This document shows positions 39,201 through 51,529 of a stretch of DNA of 64,000 bases, piece after piece. Location of the stretch: assembly GCA_026770705.1 (NCBI GenBank), contig JANJGN010000009.1, positions 163,184,001 to 163,248,000 of the forward strand, read 5' to 3'. The position numbers and the translations under genes are program-made. Below the pieces are notes generated by a model, which saw only the letters and a program-made list of their open reading frames with translations, was not told the origin of the DNA and did not search any database. Positions within the stretch are counted from its first letter, which is position 1. Every line of letters begins with the position of its first letter. The DNA is from Isurus oxyrinchus (Eukaryota).

Positions 39201-40186
39201 AAGGTTCCTTCTGTGCTGTAACCTTTCTAAGGTTCTATGGTTCTAATGTTATTGTTTATTTTGAGGGGAATTGATTACAAAAGTAGGGAGGTTATGCTTC
39301 AGTTATACAGGGCGTTGATGAGACCCACATTTGGAGTACTTTGTACTGTATTGGTTTCCTTATTTAAGGAAGGATGTAAATGCCTTGGAAGCAGTTCACA
39401 GGTCAACTAGGCTAACACCTGGAATGGACAGGTTGTCTTATGAGGAAATGTTGGACAGGTTTGGCTTTTAGAAGAGTAAGAGGCGACTTGATTGAAACAT
39501 GAGGGATATTGAAAGGGTGTCAATTCATTAAATCCGGAACGCCAGCGCATGTGCAGTTACTTCCAGCAGTGACAACGTTTAAATATGCATTTTATATTTG
39601 AACTGCTTTCTATTACGAGGGTGGTGCCTCTTTGACCATTAACAGAAATCCTCTTATTTCAGCTTTCTTTCCTATCATTTTAACACTTCAACTGAAGTTG
39701 ACAAAATAGAAAAGGCTTGCATTTCTATCATGCTTTTCCCGACTAATGGACATCTCCAAGTGCTTTCTAGCCAATGAAGTACTTTTGAAGTGTATTCACT
39801 GTTGTAATGTAGGAAATGCAGCAGCCAATTTCTGCACAGCCAGCTCCCACAAACACCAATGTGGCACTGGCCACATAACCTGCTTTTTTTATGCCGATTG
39901 AGGATATGTCCCAGGACACCAGGGATAATTCCTCTGCTCTGCTTTGAAGAGTGCCCTGGGATCTCTTACATCCACTCGAACAGGATGATGGGGCCTGAGG
40001 GTTTAATGTCTCATCCAGAATATGGCACCTATGACGGTGTAGCACTCGCTCAGTGCAGCCCCGGATTGTCAGCTTTGAGTTTTGCCGTTATGGGTGGGTG
40101 AACCTTGTGAATCAGAGAGGAGAGTAGCACCAATTGAGCCACAACTTGTAGTTAAAGAGATCAATGCGTGACAAAGTAAATGTAAT

Positions 40187-40981
40187 TGTAAAAAAAACTG
40201 CACACAAGCCAGGAGAGAAACGATTTCATTGCTCCCAATGTGGTCTCCTCTACTTTGGAGAGACCAAACGTAAACTGGGCGAACGCTTTGCAGAACACCT
40301 GCAGTCTGTCCGCAAGAATGACCCAAACCTCCCTGTCGCTTGCCATTTTAACACTCCACCCTGCTCTCTTGCCCACATGTCTGTCCTTGGCTTACTGCAT
40401 TGTTCCAGTGAAGCCCAACGCAAACTGGAGGAACAACACCTCATCTTCCGACTAGGCACCTTACAGCCTTCCGGTCTGAATATTGAATTCAACAACTTTA
40501 GGTCTTGAACTCCCTCCTCCATCCCCACCCCCTTTCTGTTTCTTCCATCTTCCTTTTCTTTTTTCTAATAATTTATATAGATTTTTTTTTCCCACCTATT
40601 TCCATTATTTTTAAATCTTTTATGCCCCCCACCCCCACTAGAGCTGTACCTTGAGTGCCCTACCATCCATTCTTAATTAGCACATTCGTTTAGATATATT
40701 TCACCAACTTCAACACCTATGTGTTCTTTTGTTTTGTTGTCTGTGACATCTTTTGATGATCTGCTTCTATCACAGCTTGTTTGTCCCTACAACCACACAC
40801 CCCCCTCCACTTCTCTCCCCAACCACCCCGCCCCCCCACCTTAAACCAGCTTATACTTCAACCCTCTCCTTGGATTCACTTAGTTCTGTTGAAGGGTCAT
40901 GATGACTCGAAACGTCAACTCTTTTCTTCTCCGCCAATGCTGCCAGACTTGCTGAGTTTTTCCAGGTAATTCTGTTTTTGT
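40187..40981 (+). mobile_element. 5'-truncated Penelope-like element in unit 11 (same insertion as in unit 4)
   Basis: Same site and same 5' junction (TGTAAAAAAAACTGCACACAAGCCAGGAGAGAAAC) as at 14201; GIY-YIG C-terminal ORF 40164-40508. Confidence 0.92.
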
Positions 40982-43900
40982 CAAGTAAATATAATTTTGG
41001 TCCTATTCCAGCCTGACTGGAGTACTGTTTCATTACTGTCTGGGAATTACAATATTAAAGTTATTGTTGAGCTGGTGTCTAAATTTTGCTTCCAAATATA
41101 ACTTTTGACCTTTTGGCTCTTGGTCATTAATATATTAATGTTTAGAATTATAGCAGAGCTGTTTTAATAAGCATTCCCACAATGTACTCTGGTAACTGAA
41201 TTGTTAAAATGGAAAGTTTCTAGCATTGATTTTTTAAAAATACTTTTGGTGTGAGGAAGCAAAGTACATTTACCATCCACTTTGACTGTGTGTGAAAATG
41301 CTTCAAACAAAGCAAGCAAGAGATGACTGGTGTAAAAGGAGGACAGGGGGTGTGAGGGGAGGGCAGTGGGAGTCATGGAGAGGGAGATTGAGACTGGGCT
41401 GCTTGTGTTAATACCAAAATGATTTAGCCTCATTGTGAGGTTCCACCCAACAGTTCAGCCTTTTCCTGACAGCCGAGTTTGCTGGAATCTATGCCTTCCG
41501 TATGGATTCACAGGCACGGCAGCTACATGTGTAGCAAGGGCCCCCTCTGCAGTTGCAGCATCATAAACTCAGCCTTTTAGATATTGCCCTCCTGTACTAG
41601 AATCACAAGCAGTTTCTCTGCATCTACCTGTATTACATCGAATCCCTGAATAATTTTAAATAGCTCAGTCAACTCACCCATGAACTTTCCAATCTCAAGG
41701 GAATACAAGCCACGTTTATGCAATGAACCTACAGAATTTAACCCTTTAAGCCCTGGAATCATTCTGGTGAATTGACACTCTTCTCCTTCCAAAGGCAACA
41801 TTCCTACCTGAGGCTCGATGTCCAAAGCTGGATACAGAATTCCAGAGCAGATCCCTCCGAGACTCTGTACAACTGAAATATCATTTCCTCATTCTGGAAT
41901 TTCAATCCCCTTAAAGTAAAAGCCAATGTTCCATGAACCTTTTAGATTATTTCCAGTACCTGTGCAGTGGTGTTTAGCAATGGGTGTATATGGACAAACT
42001 AGACACTTTGCTCCTTCACAACATCTAGCCTCTCACCATTAAGAAATCATTCTGATGTGTCCTTCTTAGATTCAAAGTTGATGAACTCACCACTTCCCTA
42101 CATTGAGCTCCATCTGCCATAGATTTGTCCATTCACTTTGTCTATGTCCTTGTGTAACTTCCGGTTTCCATCCCAATTTACAATCTAGATCAGGAGGATG
42201 ATCCTCTCTGTAATGTTATTGCCTTTGCTGTGAAGATGATAATTCACTCCAGTGGCACCAGGTTTTTTTTTATTCATTCACGGGATGTGGGCTTCGTTGG
42301 CTGGACCCAGCATTTATTGCCCATCCCAAGTTGCCCTTGAGAAGGCGGTGGTGAGCTGCCTTCTTGCACCACTGCAGTCTCTGTGGTGTAAGTACACCCA
42401 CAGTGCTGTTCGGGAGTGAGTTCCAGGATTTTGACCCAGTGGCAGTGAAGGAACGGCCGATATATTTCCAAGTCAGGATGGTGAGTGACTTGGAGGGGAA
42501 CATTCAGGTGGTGGTGTTCCCACCTATCCGCTGCCCTTGTCCTTTTAGATGGTAGTGGTAGTAGGTTTGAAAGGTGCTGTTGACGTAGCCTTGGTGAATT
42601 CCTGCAGTGCATCTTGTAGATGGTACATGCTGCTGCTACTGTGCGTCGTAGGTGGAGGGAGTGAATATTTGTGGATGTGATGCCAATCAGGTCGGCTGCT
42701 TTGTCCTGTACTGTCGAGCTTCTTGTGGGAGCTGCACTCATCCAGTCAATTGGGAAGTATTCCATCACACTCTTCACCTTTGCCTTGTAGATGGTGGACA
42801 GGCTTTGGGGAGTCAGGAGGTGGGTTACTCGTCAATTCCTACGGCAACTCCTACTCCTCAATTAGAAATGAAACACTTGTCATATGGAATTCTGCAACTG
42901 AGATTGAGGCTGTTTGGCCAGGGAGTGCTTCACATGACCACAGGTGACACCTCAACACCATACAGAGATCGTGCTCTATTGCCAGATGAAATGTTATCTG
43001 AGAGTCCAATCTGTTTGTTCAGGTACCAAATGTGGCCATGACGCTACTTGAGGAACAGCAGAGGAATTGGCTCAGTGTCTTGGCCGAAACAGGTTATCTC
43101 GTCATTTAGCTCCTTTGCTGTTTTTTCTGTGTCCATATTGTCTGTCATTTTTGCCAAAATAATAACAGTAAATTTCAAAACTAACTTCTTGAGTGTAGCT
43201 TGAAATGTCTTTAAGACACGAAAAGCGTGAAACTATAGAAATCTTCCTTGAAGCCTAAAGTGAAACTTTCATTTAGCTGTGGACTTATCCTAGACTGAAA
43301 CTACTGATCGCTTCTCGATCGATGCAGCTGCAACAAGGATTAACAAGCCCAATGCCATCTAGAATCTTGACCTGGCAGATGGAGTTTAATGTGGGAAAAT
43401 GTGGAATTGTCCATTTTGGCAGGAAGAATAAAAAAGAAGAAAATGATCTGAATGGTGAGAGATTACAGAGCTCTGAGATGCAGAGGGAGCTGGGTGTTTT
43501 AGCGCATGAATTCTGAAAGGTTAGTATGCAGCGACAGCAAGTAATTAGGAAAGTTAATAGAATGTTTACAAGAATGTAGCCAGGGTTAGAAAAGTGTAGC
43601 TACAAGGAGAGATTGGATAGGTTGGGGTTGTTTTCCTTAGAACAAAGAAGGCTGAGAGGTGACTTGATTGAGGTGTACAAAATTATGTGGGGAATCGATA
43701 GAGTGGACAGGATAAAATTGTTTCCCTTGGTGGAGAATTCTAGAACCAGGGGACATAGATTCAAGATAAGTGGCAGAAGGTGTAGGGGGAAATGAGGGAG
43801 AACTTTTTTACGCAGAGGGTAGTGGGTGTCTGGAATTCGCTGCCCAAGTTGGTGGTAGTGGCAGAAACTCTAAACTCTTTTAAAAATTACCTGGATCTGC

Positions 43901-44334
43901 ACCTAATATGCTGTAAGCTGCAGGGCTATGGGCCGGGTGCAGGAAGGTGGGATTAGAAAGGGCACCTGGGTGTCCTCGGGCTGGCATGGACAAGATGTGC
44001 CGAATGGCCTCCTTCTGTGCTGTAACCTTTCTAAGATTCTATGGTTCTAATGTTATTGTTTATTTTGAGGGGAATTGAGTACAAAAGTAGGGAGGTTATG
44101 CTTCAGTTATACAGGGCGTTGGTGAGACCCACATTTGGAGTACTTTGTACCGTATTGGTTTCCTTATTTAAGGAAGGATGTAAATTCGTTGGAAGCAGTT
44201 CACAGGTCAACTAGGCTAATACCTGGAATGGACAGGTTGTCTTATGAGGAAATGTTGGACAGGTTTGGCTTGTATCCACTGGAATTTAGAAGAGTAAGAG
44301 GCGACTTGATTGAAACATGTGGGCTATTGAAAGG

Positions 44335-44680
44335 ATAAATGTTTAAATGATGTTAACCTCTTTTGGGGGAACCTGGAACCAGGGGTCAAAGCTTAAAAAT
44401 AAGGGGTCACCCATTTAATACAGAGATGAGGAGAAATTTGTTGTTTCAGTGGGTCGTGAGTCTTTGGAACCCTTCCTCGCAAGGTAGTTGAATCAGAGTC
44501 TTTGAGTATTTTTAAGTCAGAACTAGATAGATTCTTGAGAAGCAAGAGGGTAAGGTTATCAAGGGTAAGTGGGAATGTGGATTTGAGGTTACAATCATGA
44601 TCTTATTGAATGGCGGAGCAGACTGTAGGGGCTGAGTGCCCTACTCCTGCTCCTAACTGATACGTTCGTATGTATGTACG
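44335..44680 (+). mobile_element. Continuation and 3' end of the CR1 truncated at every unit junction
   Basis: CR1 3' motifs (ACCAGGGGTCA...AAAAATAAGGGG...GAATGGCGGAGCAG...CCTACTCCTGCTCCTA) and a GTAT-type tail. Confidence 0.8.
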
Positions 44681-44884
44681 TACAAATGGCAAAGAAATCT
44701 ACTTGATTTTACTCCCTGATATCAGTAATACTTCAAATCTAAATCATATTGGCTGTAAAACACTTTGTTTCATCCTAACAGCAGGAATGGATTTATATAA
44801 ATGCCAGCTCTTCCTTACAATATCTGTGATCAATGTCTTTGAAAGAATTGGTGGAGAAATTCAGATGATGGTCATAATTCTCAC

Positions 44885-44975
44885 CTTAGCTTTCCTTGTG
44901 CACCATGTAACTGAAATGGCACAATTCACCAGGAGAGTAAAAAGCGACCAGCGTATCACATCCCAGATAATGTAC
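44885..44975 (-). CDS. Transmembrane exon of a CD300/pIgR-like receptor
   Basis: Acceptor ttcttccctgttgctcag and donor AAG|gtgaga. Encodes YIIWDVIRWSLFTLLVNCAISVTWCTRKAK (phase 2 to 0), a hydrophobic stretch with Asp and Arg at its N-terminal side. Confidence 0.75.
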
Positions 44976-45190
44976 CTGAGCAACAGGGAAGAAACGCAAA
45001 ATCATTTGAAACATTAATCCACTCTTTACGCTCTAATCTTTGTATATTGTAGCAATGCAACGTCGCAGAAACAAGGGACTTCAACTAGAAAAATAAACTA
45101 GGATTGACTACTGGAGCAAAATCAACTTTGTGATCATCAGAAAAAGATCAAATGAAGTGAAGTTCATTATCTTGTCCAAAAATGTAGAGC

Positions 45191-46561
45191 TGTAACGTTA
45201 GGCACAATATTATAAGAGAGGATTTTATAAAGCGACTGGCCATCCAACGGAAGGGATGTAATGCCAAATTTTGAGGTGCAGGAGCTCTAAAAAAAAGTGT
45301 TGGCCATATCATTTCTAAATTGATATTACCATTGTTTTCCTAAATATTAATCATTTGAGTCCCCAAATGTCAGTAAAACTATGCCTTTTAAGCAAAACAT
45401 ATTAGTGCCAGTAGGCATTTTATTTTGAACCGTGTAGTATTTTGAATCATGAAGCTTTACCATAGCTAGAATTTCATTAGGAAATAAAGATAGTTTAAGT
45501 AAGTTATATTGGTATTTGTAGATGTTAGGAATGAGTTTTAGCTTTAAAGTTTTGTTTGGTTTTGGAAGCTTTTTGAGTTCTGTTGGTTTTCAAAGTAGCT
45601 GTTAGGGGAGATTGGAGCAAAAGGGGACAGATAGCAAGTCCCAAGCTAAAGAAAAGACTCCAAAATCCAGGGAACAGGAGAAAGTCCCAAGCAGACCTTC
45701 TGGCCAAAGGAAAGACAGGAACCTGGAAAAGGTCCTGTTAATTGAAGTTAAGAGTGAGGGAAAGAGAAAGGCTCTAAGCTTCAAGTTTAAAGCCTCAAGC
45801 TGCAGAAAGCAGATTAAAGTGAGAACAGCTTGCAAGAGGCAAGAAGGTCCAAAGAGATGGGTGAAGGTCTGCAACTCTTTGCTGTGGGTATGTGATGCAG
45901 TGATACTGTTGACAGCTGAGTTGGTGAGAGAGAGAGTGCATGGAATACAGCTTGAATGCATGTGGTGACCCAAGGGAAAGGAACATCAGAAGGAGAGTTC
46001 GATACCCTGCAGGTGAACCCTTGCAGAAGGTGTCAGCAAGAAAGCGTTGGTTTGGGAGAAGATTCCAAAGCCAGTGCTTGGAAAGTGGCAATTGGAAACC
46101 CTCGTGTGAAAGACGGAGTTCAGTGAGACCTGTTGGCTCACAGTGTGACAAGCATCTGGGGGGAGTTGAGGAGAGATCCATAGCAACTGGTTGATGTGGC
46201 ATGTGTCACTTGGTTTCAGAGTGTGGTGTGACTGACCACAGGGTGCCTATTGGTTTACATGGACTGTGTACTTACTGTGAACATTGAAGTATAAGATAGC
46301 TTTTGTAACTTGTGTTATCCTTACAAATCTGTATATATCTGTAAAGTATAGTTGTGAGTGAAGGAGTATTGTAATATAATTAATCTTTTCTTGTTTAATA
46401 AATGTTTCATCCTTTTGTTAAAAGTTCATTAGCTGACTCCAGTGAGACAGTAGCCACTCTCCACGTATCTAAACAAACAAATTAAAAGATAGGATCTATC
46501 AAGCTGGGTTCCACTCTGGGATCAGGCTTTTCCAGGGGTAACCTGAGCTGGGATCATAGCA
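45191..46561 (+). mobile_element. Probable solo LTR (Gypsy/ERV-like)
   Basis: Begins TGTAAC, has AATAAA at ~46397 and ends ...CTGGGATCATAGCA; no credible coding content. No TSD was identified and the left boundary is uncertain. Confidence 0.5.
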
Positions 46562-46649
46562 CAATAGTTTAATTATTTAATTCAATGCCTATTAAAAACA
46601 TGAATTACAGAAATATTTACTTACTTCTGACTCGGGGATGGTATATAGA

Positions 46650-46890
46650 GGGACCACTGCTTTTCCTGATCTATATTAATATCTAGACCTGGATGTACAG
46701 GGCACAATTTCAAAATTCGAGGCATTCAAAAAGGAATGTTAGACTGTTATTTGAAAAGGAACAATGTGCAGAGTTACAGGGAGAAAGGAGGAGAACGGCA
46801 CTAAACAAATTGCTCATTGAGAGAGCCAGTGTAGACATGATGGGCTGAATGGCCCCTTTCTAGTTTGTAACAATCCTGTACATTCTGTGA
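46650..46890 (+). mobile_element. CR1 fragments
   Basis: GGGACCACTGCTTTTCCTGATCTATATTAAT (GPLLFLIYIN) and the 3' UTR motif GATGGGCTGAATGGCC. Confidence 0.7.
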
Positions 46891-47091
46891 AATTCTTGGT
46901 CAGAAATTTGGACAGGTCACGAATTGGGTTTGGGTAACATGAGTCGGATTTCCCGACCTCTGCCCTCTACCTGTAAGACTCTGCATTACTGTGGAGCCTT
47001 GGGATATCGGAGCTGTTATGTTTCCTCCCAGATAAAACATTGAGCAGACATTTCAGTTGAGAGTAATATAGAAAATCATCGAGAAATGTAC

Positions 47092-47406
47092 CGTAAGATA
47101 TTTGTAGCTCTACAGTAAACTTTGGATCAAAGCCAGTTTCTTCAATACTGCAGCTGTACCATTCTGTATCTCCTGAGCGAAGATCCTCCATAGTAACAAT
47201 AAATATTCCCCGTGACTTGTTATCTGTGATCGACATCCTTCCTTGCCATCCATGTTGCTGATTTGTTTCAGCTAAAATTGAACACAGGGGAGTCGTGCTG
47301 TGACACCAATATTTCTCATTTGAATGGTATGCTGCCTCACAATGACAATCTATTATGATCGCTTTTCCCAAAGTTCCTGTTACTTTCTTTGCTGCCCACA
47401 ATGCAC
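47092..47406 (-). CDS. Ig V-set exon, CD300/pIgR/CMRF35-like
   Basis: 315-nt phase 1-1 exon (tttcag|GT GCA TTG TGG...TAC G|gtacat) encoding ALWAAKKVTGTLGKAIIIDCHC...NEKYWCH...C...GRMSITDNKSRGIFIVTMEDLRSGDTEWYSC. KYWC, the extra Cys pair and DxxWYxC are CD300/pIgR hallmarks. Confidence 0.9.
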
Positions 47407-49349
47407 CTGAAATTGAGGAAACAACAATTCATCAATGGAAATAACAGCTTAATACAAACAGATACATTTTAGTGAGAGTTACCACTATGTGAAGCGGAAA
47501 CTCTCCACTATATCCATCGATACAATTTAACTACTTTTAATTTGTGATGGAAGAAAACATCAATATGGTGACTTATCACAGCCTCAGGATGTGACAGGGC
47601 TCTTCATAGCTAATGATTTACTTTGAAGTAAAGGACAGAATATTTGTTAATCTGACCCATTGGGAAAGGATCAATCAGAAATTTGGGGTAACCCACAGTT
47701 CAGAATTTCCCGACACTCTGTGGAGCCTGTCTCTGATATCAGTGACTGCTTCCTCACACTGAGGCACAGCTGATTGACAGGGCATGTACATTCACACAAG
47801 GAATCCAGAGTCAATCAGGAGGATGCAGGGTGATCGGAGAGGGGTTGAGCAAGCAGACAGAGGGGGAAGTCACCAGAGGCAGGTCGACTAAAGATAGCTA
47901 TGCTTGGGGAAGGTAGGGCCTGAAGTGGACAAGGGCATTGGTGGGTGATCAGGGCCTGGTTCAGGGTAGGGGTGGGGCCAGGTTCTTCATGATGGGAAGG
48001 TTGTGGGTGGGGGTGGGAGTAGGGTAGGCCTGATCATGAAGGCTGCTCAGGCAGATACCTGATTCTGAGAGATAGGTGTGAAAGCATTTACCTCCTGTGT
48101 TCATCAGGCCCTCGTCTCATGAGGTTACCAGGTGACCCGATGCTGGGGTAACCCAACCAGCAGCTATTACCAAGTTCAAAAGCTGCAGGACAGCGAGGTT
48201 TGCGTCCAGGCTCAATAATACATTTCAAGTTCCGACCCGCCTCTTTGGATAGGATTGGTTGTCCACTCAGTTAAAGTCAGAAATAGACAGTTTATAGGCA
48301 GGTTTGGTCTGGGAAACAGCTTTCTGACACTTTAACTCACCATACCTTTCCAAACATGAACACAGTTATCAGACAAATTTCAGCTCATTGTCGTTATTGC
48401 AATTGTGTCAATGGTGGCTTAGTGTTGGCACACTCTGAATCTCCAAATCAAGTATTGTTGTATGAGGTTCCACCAGTGACAATGTTCCTCCATGGTCTAT
48501 ATACTCTTCCAATATGTAACCTCTTTCTTCTCATTCCTTAACTCTAACCAGGCAGATTTTGCTTTTTCATTCACAATCCATTTTAGCCTTAAACATATAA
48601 CACAGTGGCTAGGGGGAGGGAGTGCCTTGTGGCACAACAGATTTCATCCCAGCTTCTCAGCTGGAAGCTCCAGGTTCAAATCCCACTCTAAGACTCGCTG
48701 GCCACAGAAGATGAATTCATAACGTGGCCAAACAAGCTGACTGTCAACCTGCAAATCCTTCCAACATGTCTACAGTAGGCAATAAGCATGGGAGAGACTC
48801 CTGATCAGCCATGTCTGATGTGGAGAGGTGACCTTGAAGCTATAGCCTCTGGCTTCAGGCTAGCAACCTGTTCCGGTAAAAAAAAACAGCTACAGAAAAC
48901 AGATGTAAGCATTTGCTTTGTCTGCCTCATGCATCTCTAGATGTGTGAGTTCTAAGTTTTATTATGTTGCAATAGAATTTTAATCAATATTGCCAGTCCT
49001 CCATTCATGACAAACCTATGTTATAACTAACAATATTAAACTGCCAGTACCACTTTACTGTGAGCCACAACTCTCTCAATTAATCAAACCTCCTCATAAA
49101 AATGTTGTGCCTCTAGTTTATCAATATTGTACAAAATACTTTATGTACTTCTGTACATTTGACTGCAGTGTGCTTCTGTCTGTTTGGCAATCTTCCTCTT
49201 TCTGATCTGATTTCCTTTATTTCCCCTTTAATGTGTCTCTTGCCCTTTTTCTTCTCTCTACCTCTTCACCTCGTTTTCAACCTCCCTCTTATCATTTCAG
49301 TGTAAAATCTTTTCCCACAGCATGACTTATCCTTTTAGTGAGGCCATTG

Positions 49350-51130
49350 GTCTAATTACAGAATTGTTATGGTGTAGAAGGAGGCCATTCAGCCCATAGT
49401 GTCTGCACTGGGCTTACACTGCATTTTAACTTAATGCCAATCTCCTGCCTTTTCCCCGTAATCCTGCACGTTGTTTCTATTTAAATAATCATCCAATGCC
49501 CCCTTGAATGCCTCAGTCAAACCTGCCTCCACCACACTTCCAGGCCGTGCATTCCAAACCCTAACTACTCGCTGTGTGAAAACGTTTTTTCTCAACTTGT
49601 ATTTGCTTCTTTTGCAAATCACTTTAAAACTGTGTCCCCTGGTTCTCGATCCGTTTACAAGTGGGAACAGTTTCTCCCTATCTAATCTGTTCAGACCCGT
49701 CATGATTTTGAAAACTTCTATCAAGTCTCCTCTCAGCCTTCTCCTCTCCAAGGAAAACAGTCCCAACTTCTCCAATCTTACCTCATAACTGAAGTGTCTC
49801 ATCCTTGGAACCATTCTTGCAAACCTCTTTTACACTGTCTCCAGTGCGTTCACATCCTTCCTATAGTGTGGCACCCAGAACTGTACACAATGCTCCAGCT
49901 GAGTTCTAACCAGTGTCTTATATAAATTCATCAAAACCTCCCTGCTTTTTTACTCTATGTCCCTATTAATGACGCCTAGAATACTGTATGCTTTAGAAAC
50001 AGCTCTTTCTACCTGTCCTGCCACCTTTAATGACTTGTGTATATATACACCCAGGTCGCTCTGCTCCTGCACACCCTTTAGAATAGTATCCTTTATTTTA
50101 TACTGTCTCTCCATGTTCTTTGTACCAAAGTGTATCACCTCACACTTCTCCGTATTGAACTTCATCTGCCCCCTATCTGTCCGTTCCACCAATGTGTCAA
50201 TGTCCTTTTGAAGTTCTACACTGTCCTCCTCACAGTTTACAATTCTCCCAAGTTTTGTGTCATTCACAAACTTTGAAGTTGTCCCCTGCGCACCAAGATC
50301 TATCAGGAAAAGCAAGGGTCCCAATATTGACCCCTGAAGAACTTCACTACAAATCTTCTTCCAGCTCGAAAAAAACCCATTAACTATTACTCTCTGTTTC
50401 CTATCCCTCAGCCAATTTTGTATCCATATTGCTACTGTCCCTTTTATTCCAAGACCTATAACATTCCCCACAAGTCTGTTGTGTGACACTGTATCGAACG
50501 CCTTTTAGAAGTCCATATACATCACATCTCTCTCTTACCCTCGTCAACCATCTGTTACCTCTTCAAAAAACTCCAGCAAGTTAGTTAGACATGATTTTCC
50601 TTTAACAAATCCGTGCTGACTCTTCCGAATCAGTCCACATTTTTCCATGTGACTATTAATTCTATCCCGAATAATTGTTTCTAGAAGTTTCCCTACCACC
50701 GAAGTTAAACTGATTGGTCTGTAATTGCAGGGCAGATTTTTACAACCTTTTTTGAACAAGGGCGTAACGTTTGCAATTCTCTTGTCCTCCGGCACCTCCC
50801 CCGAATCCAAGGAACATCGAAAGATTATGGCCAGTGCCTCTATAATTTCCACTCTCACTTCCTTCACTATTCTTGGGTGCATCTCAACTGGTCCCAGTGC
50901 CTTATCAACTTTAAGCACTGACAGCTTATCCAATAGCTCCTCCTTATCAATTTTAAACCCTTCTTGTGATCATGTCACCATGGCCTGGACAGCATCTACC
51001 TCATAGGTAAAGACAGATGCAAAGTATTCATTTAACATCTCAGCTATACCTCTTGCCTCTATGTGTAAATCCCCTTTTTGGTTCCTAATTGGCCCTACTC
51101 CTCCTCTTACTACCCTTTTACTATTGATAA
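49350..51130 (-). mobile_element. CR1 LINE ORF2 (RT) and 3' UTR, fragmented
   Basis: ORFs 50544-50933 (NYRPISLTSVVGKLLE...SQHGF), 49950-50489 (QGSILGPLLF...NDTKL) and 49431-49814 (LEKLGLFSLERRRLRGDL). Confidence 0.95.
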
Positions 51131-51529
51131 CTGTTGAAGTCCTCCTACCCCCAACAAGCAGCTCTTTTTCCAGAACTGCAGAAATCTCTCCAGCCAGGAT
51201 CACTTCCCTGATCTTTCTGTTCTTATCCTGACTCCCTTGTGACACTGGGGATAATCCTATGTTTACTACCCTTGAGGACCTATTCATTGATCAATCTCCA
51301 AGTTCCTGAATCTTCCCTTGATGAACCTTATTTCCCTCCCTTTCTATGTTCTTGATTGCATCAACCATCTTCCTTTCTCTCTCCAAATCCTCCTGCAGTA
51401 CAGGTTGCAGCCAACAAATTTGCAAAGATGGAAATTATTTTGACTGTTCCCTTGATGATGAATGAATTGGAGTAGAATCTCAAATTCAAGTTGTTGTTGA
51501 TGTTGGAAAAACTTGCATTGGTACAGCAC

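Larger units (their letters stand above)
1445..44334 (+). repeat. Tandem array of a ~4.0-kb unit (11 units)
   Basis: The unit start motif TGTCAATTCATTAAATCC (or a close variant) recurs at 1445, 5459, 9549, 13533, 18371, 22366, 26361, 30531, 31560, 35531 and 39518. The same ORF set repeats in each unit. The array ends where the terminal CR1 continues into non-repeated flank (~44335). Confidence 0.98.

Noticed and set aside
1445-44334. CRISPR, rDNA, snRNA or histone array interpretation
   Set aside because: The context is eukaryotic, and there is no short repeat-spacer periodicity and no recognisable 5S, snRNA, tRNA or histone sequence in the unit.
44670-46202. ORFs 44670-45017 and 45525-46202
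   Set aside because: The first is antisense to the TM exon. The others lie in the probable LTR and show no protein-family motif.
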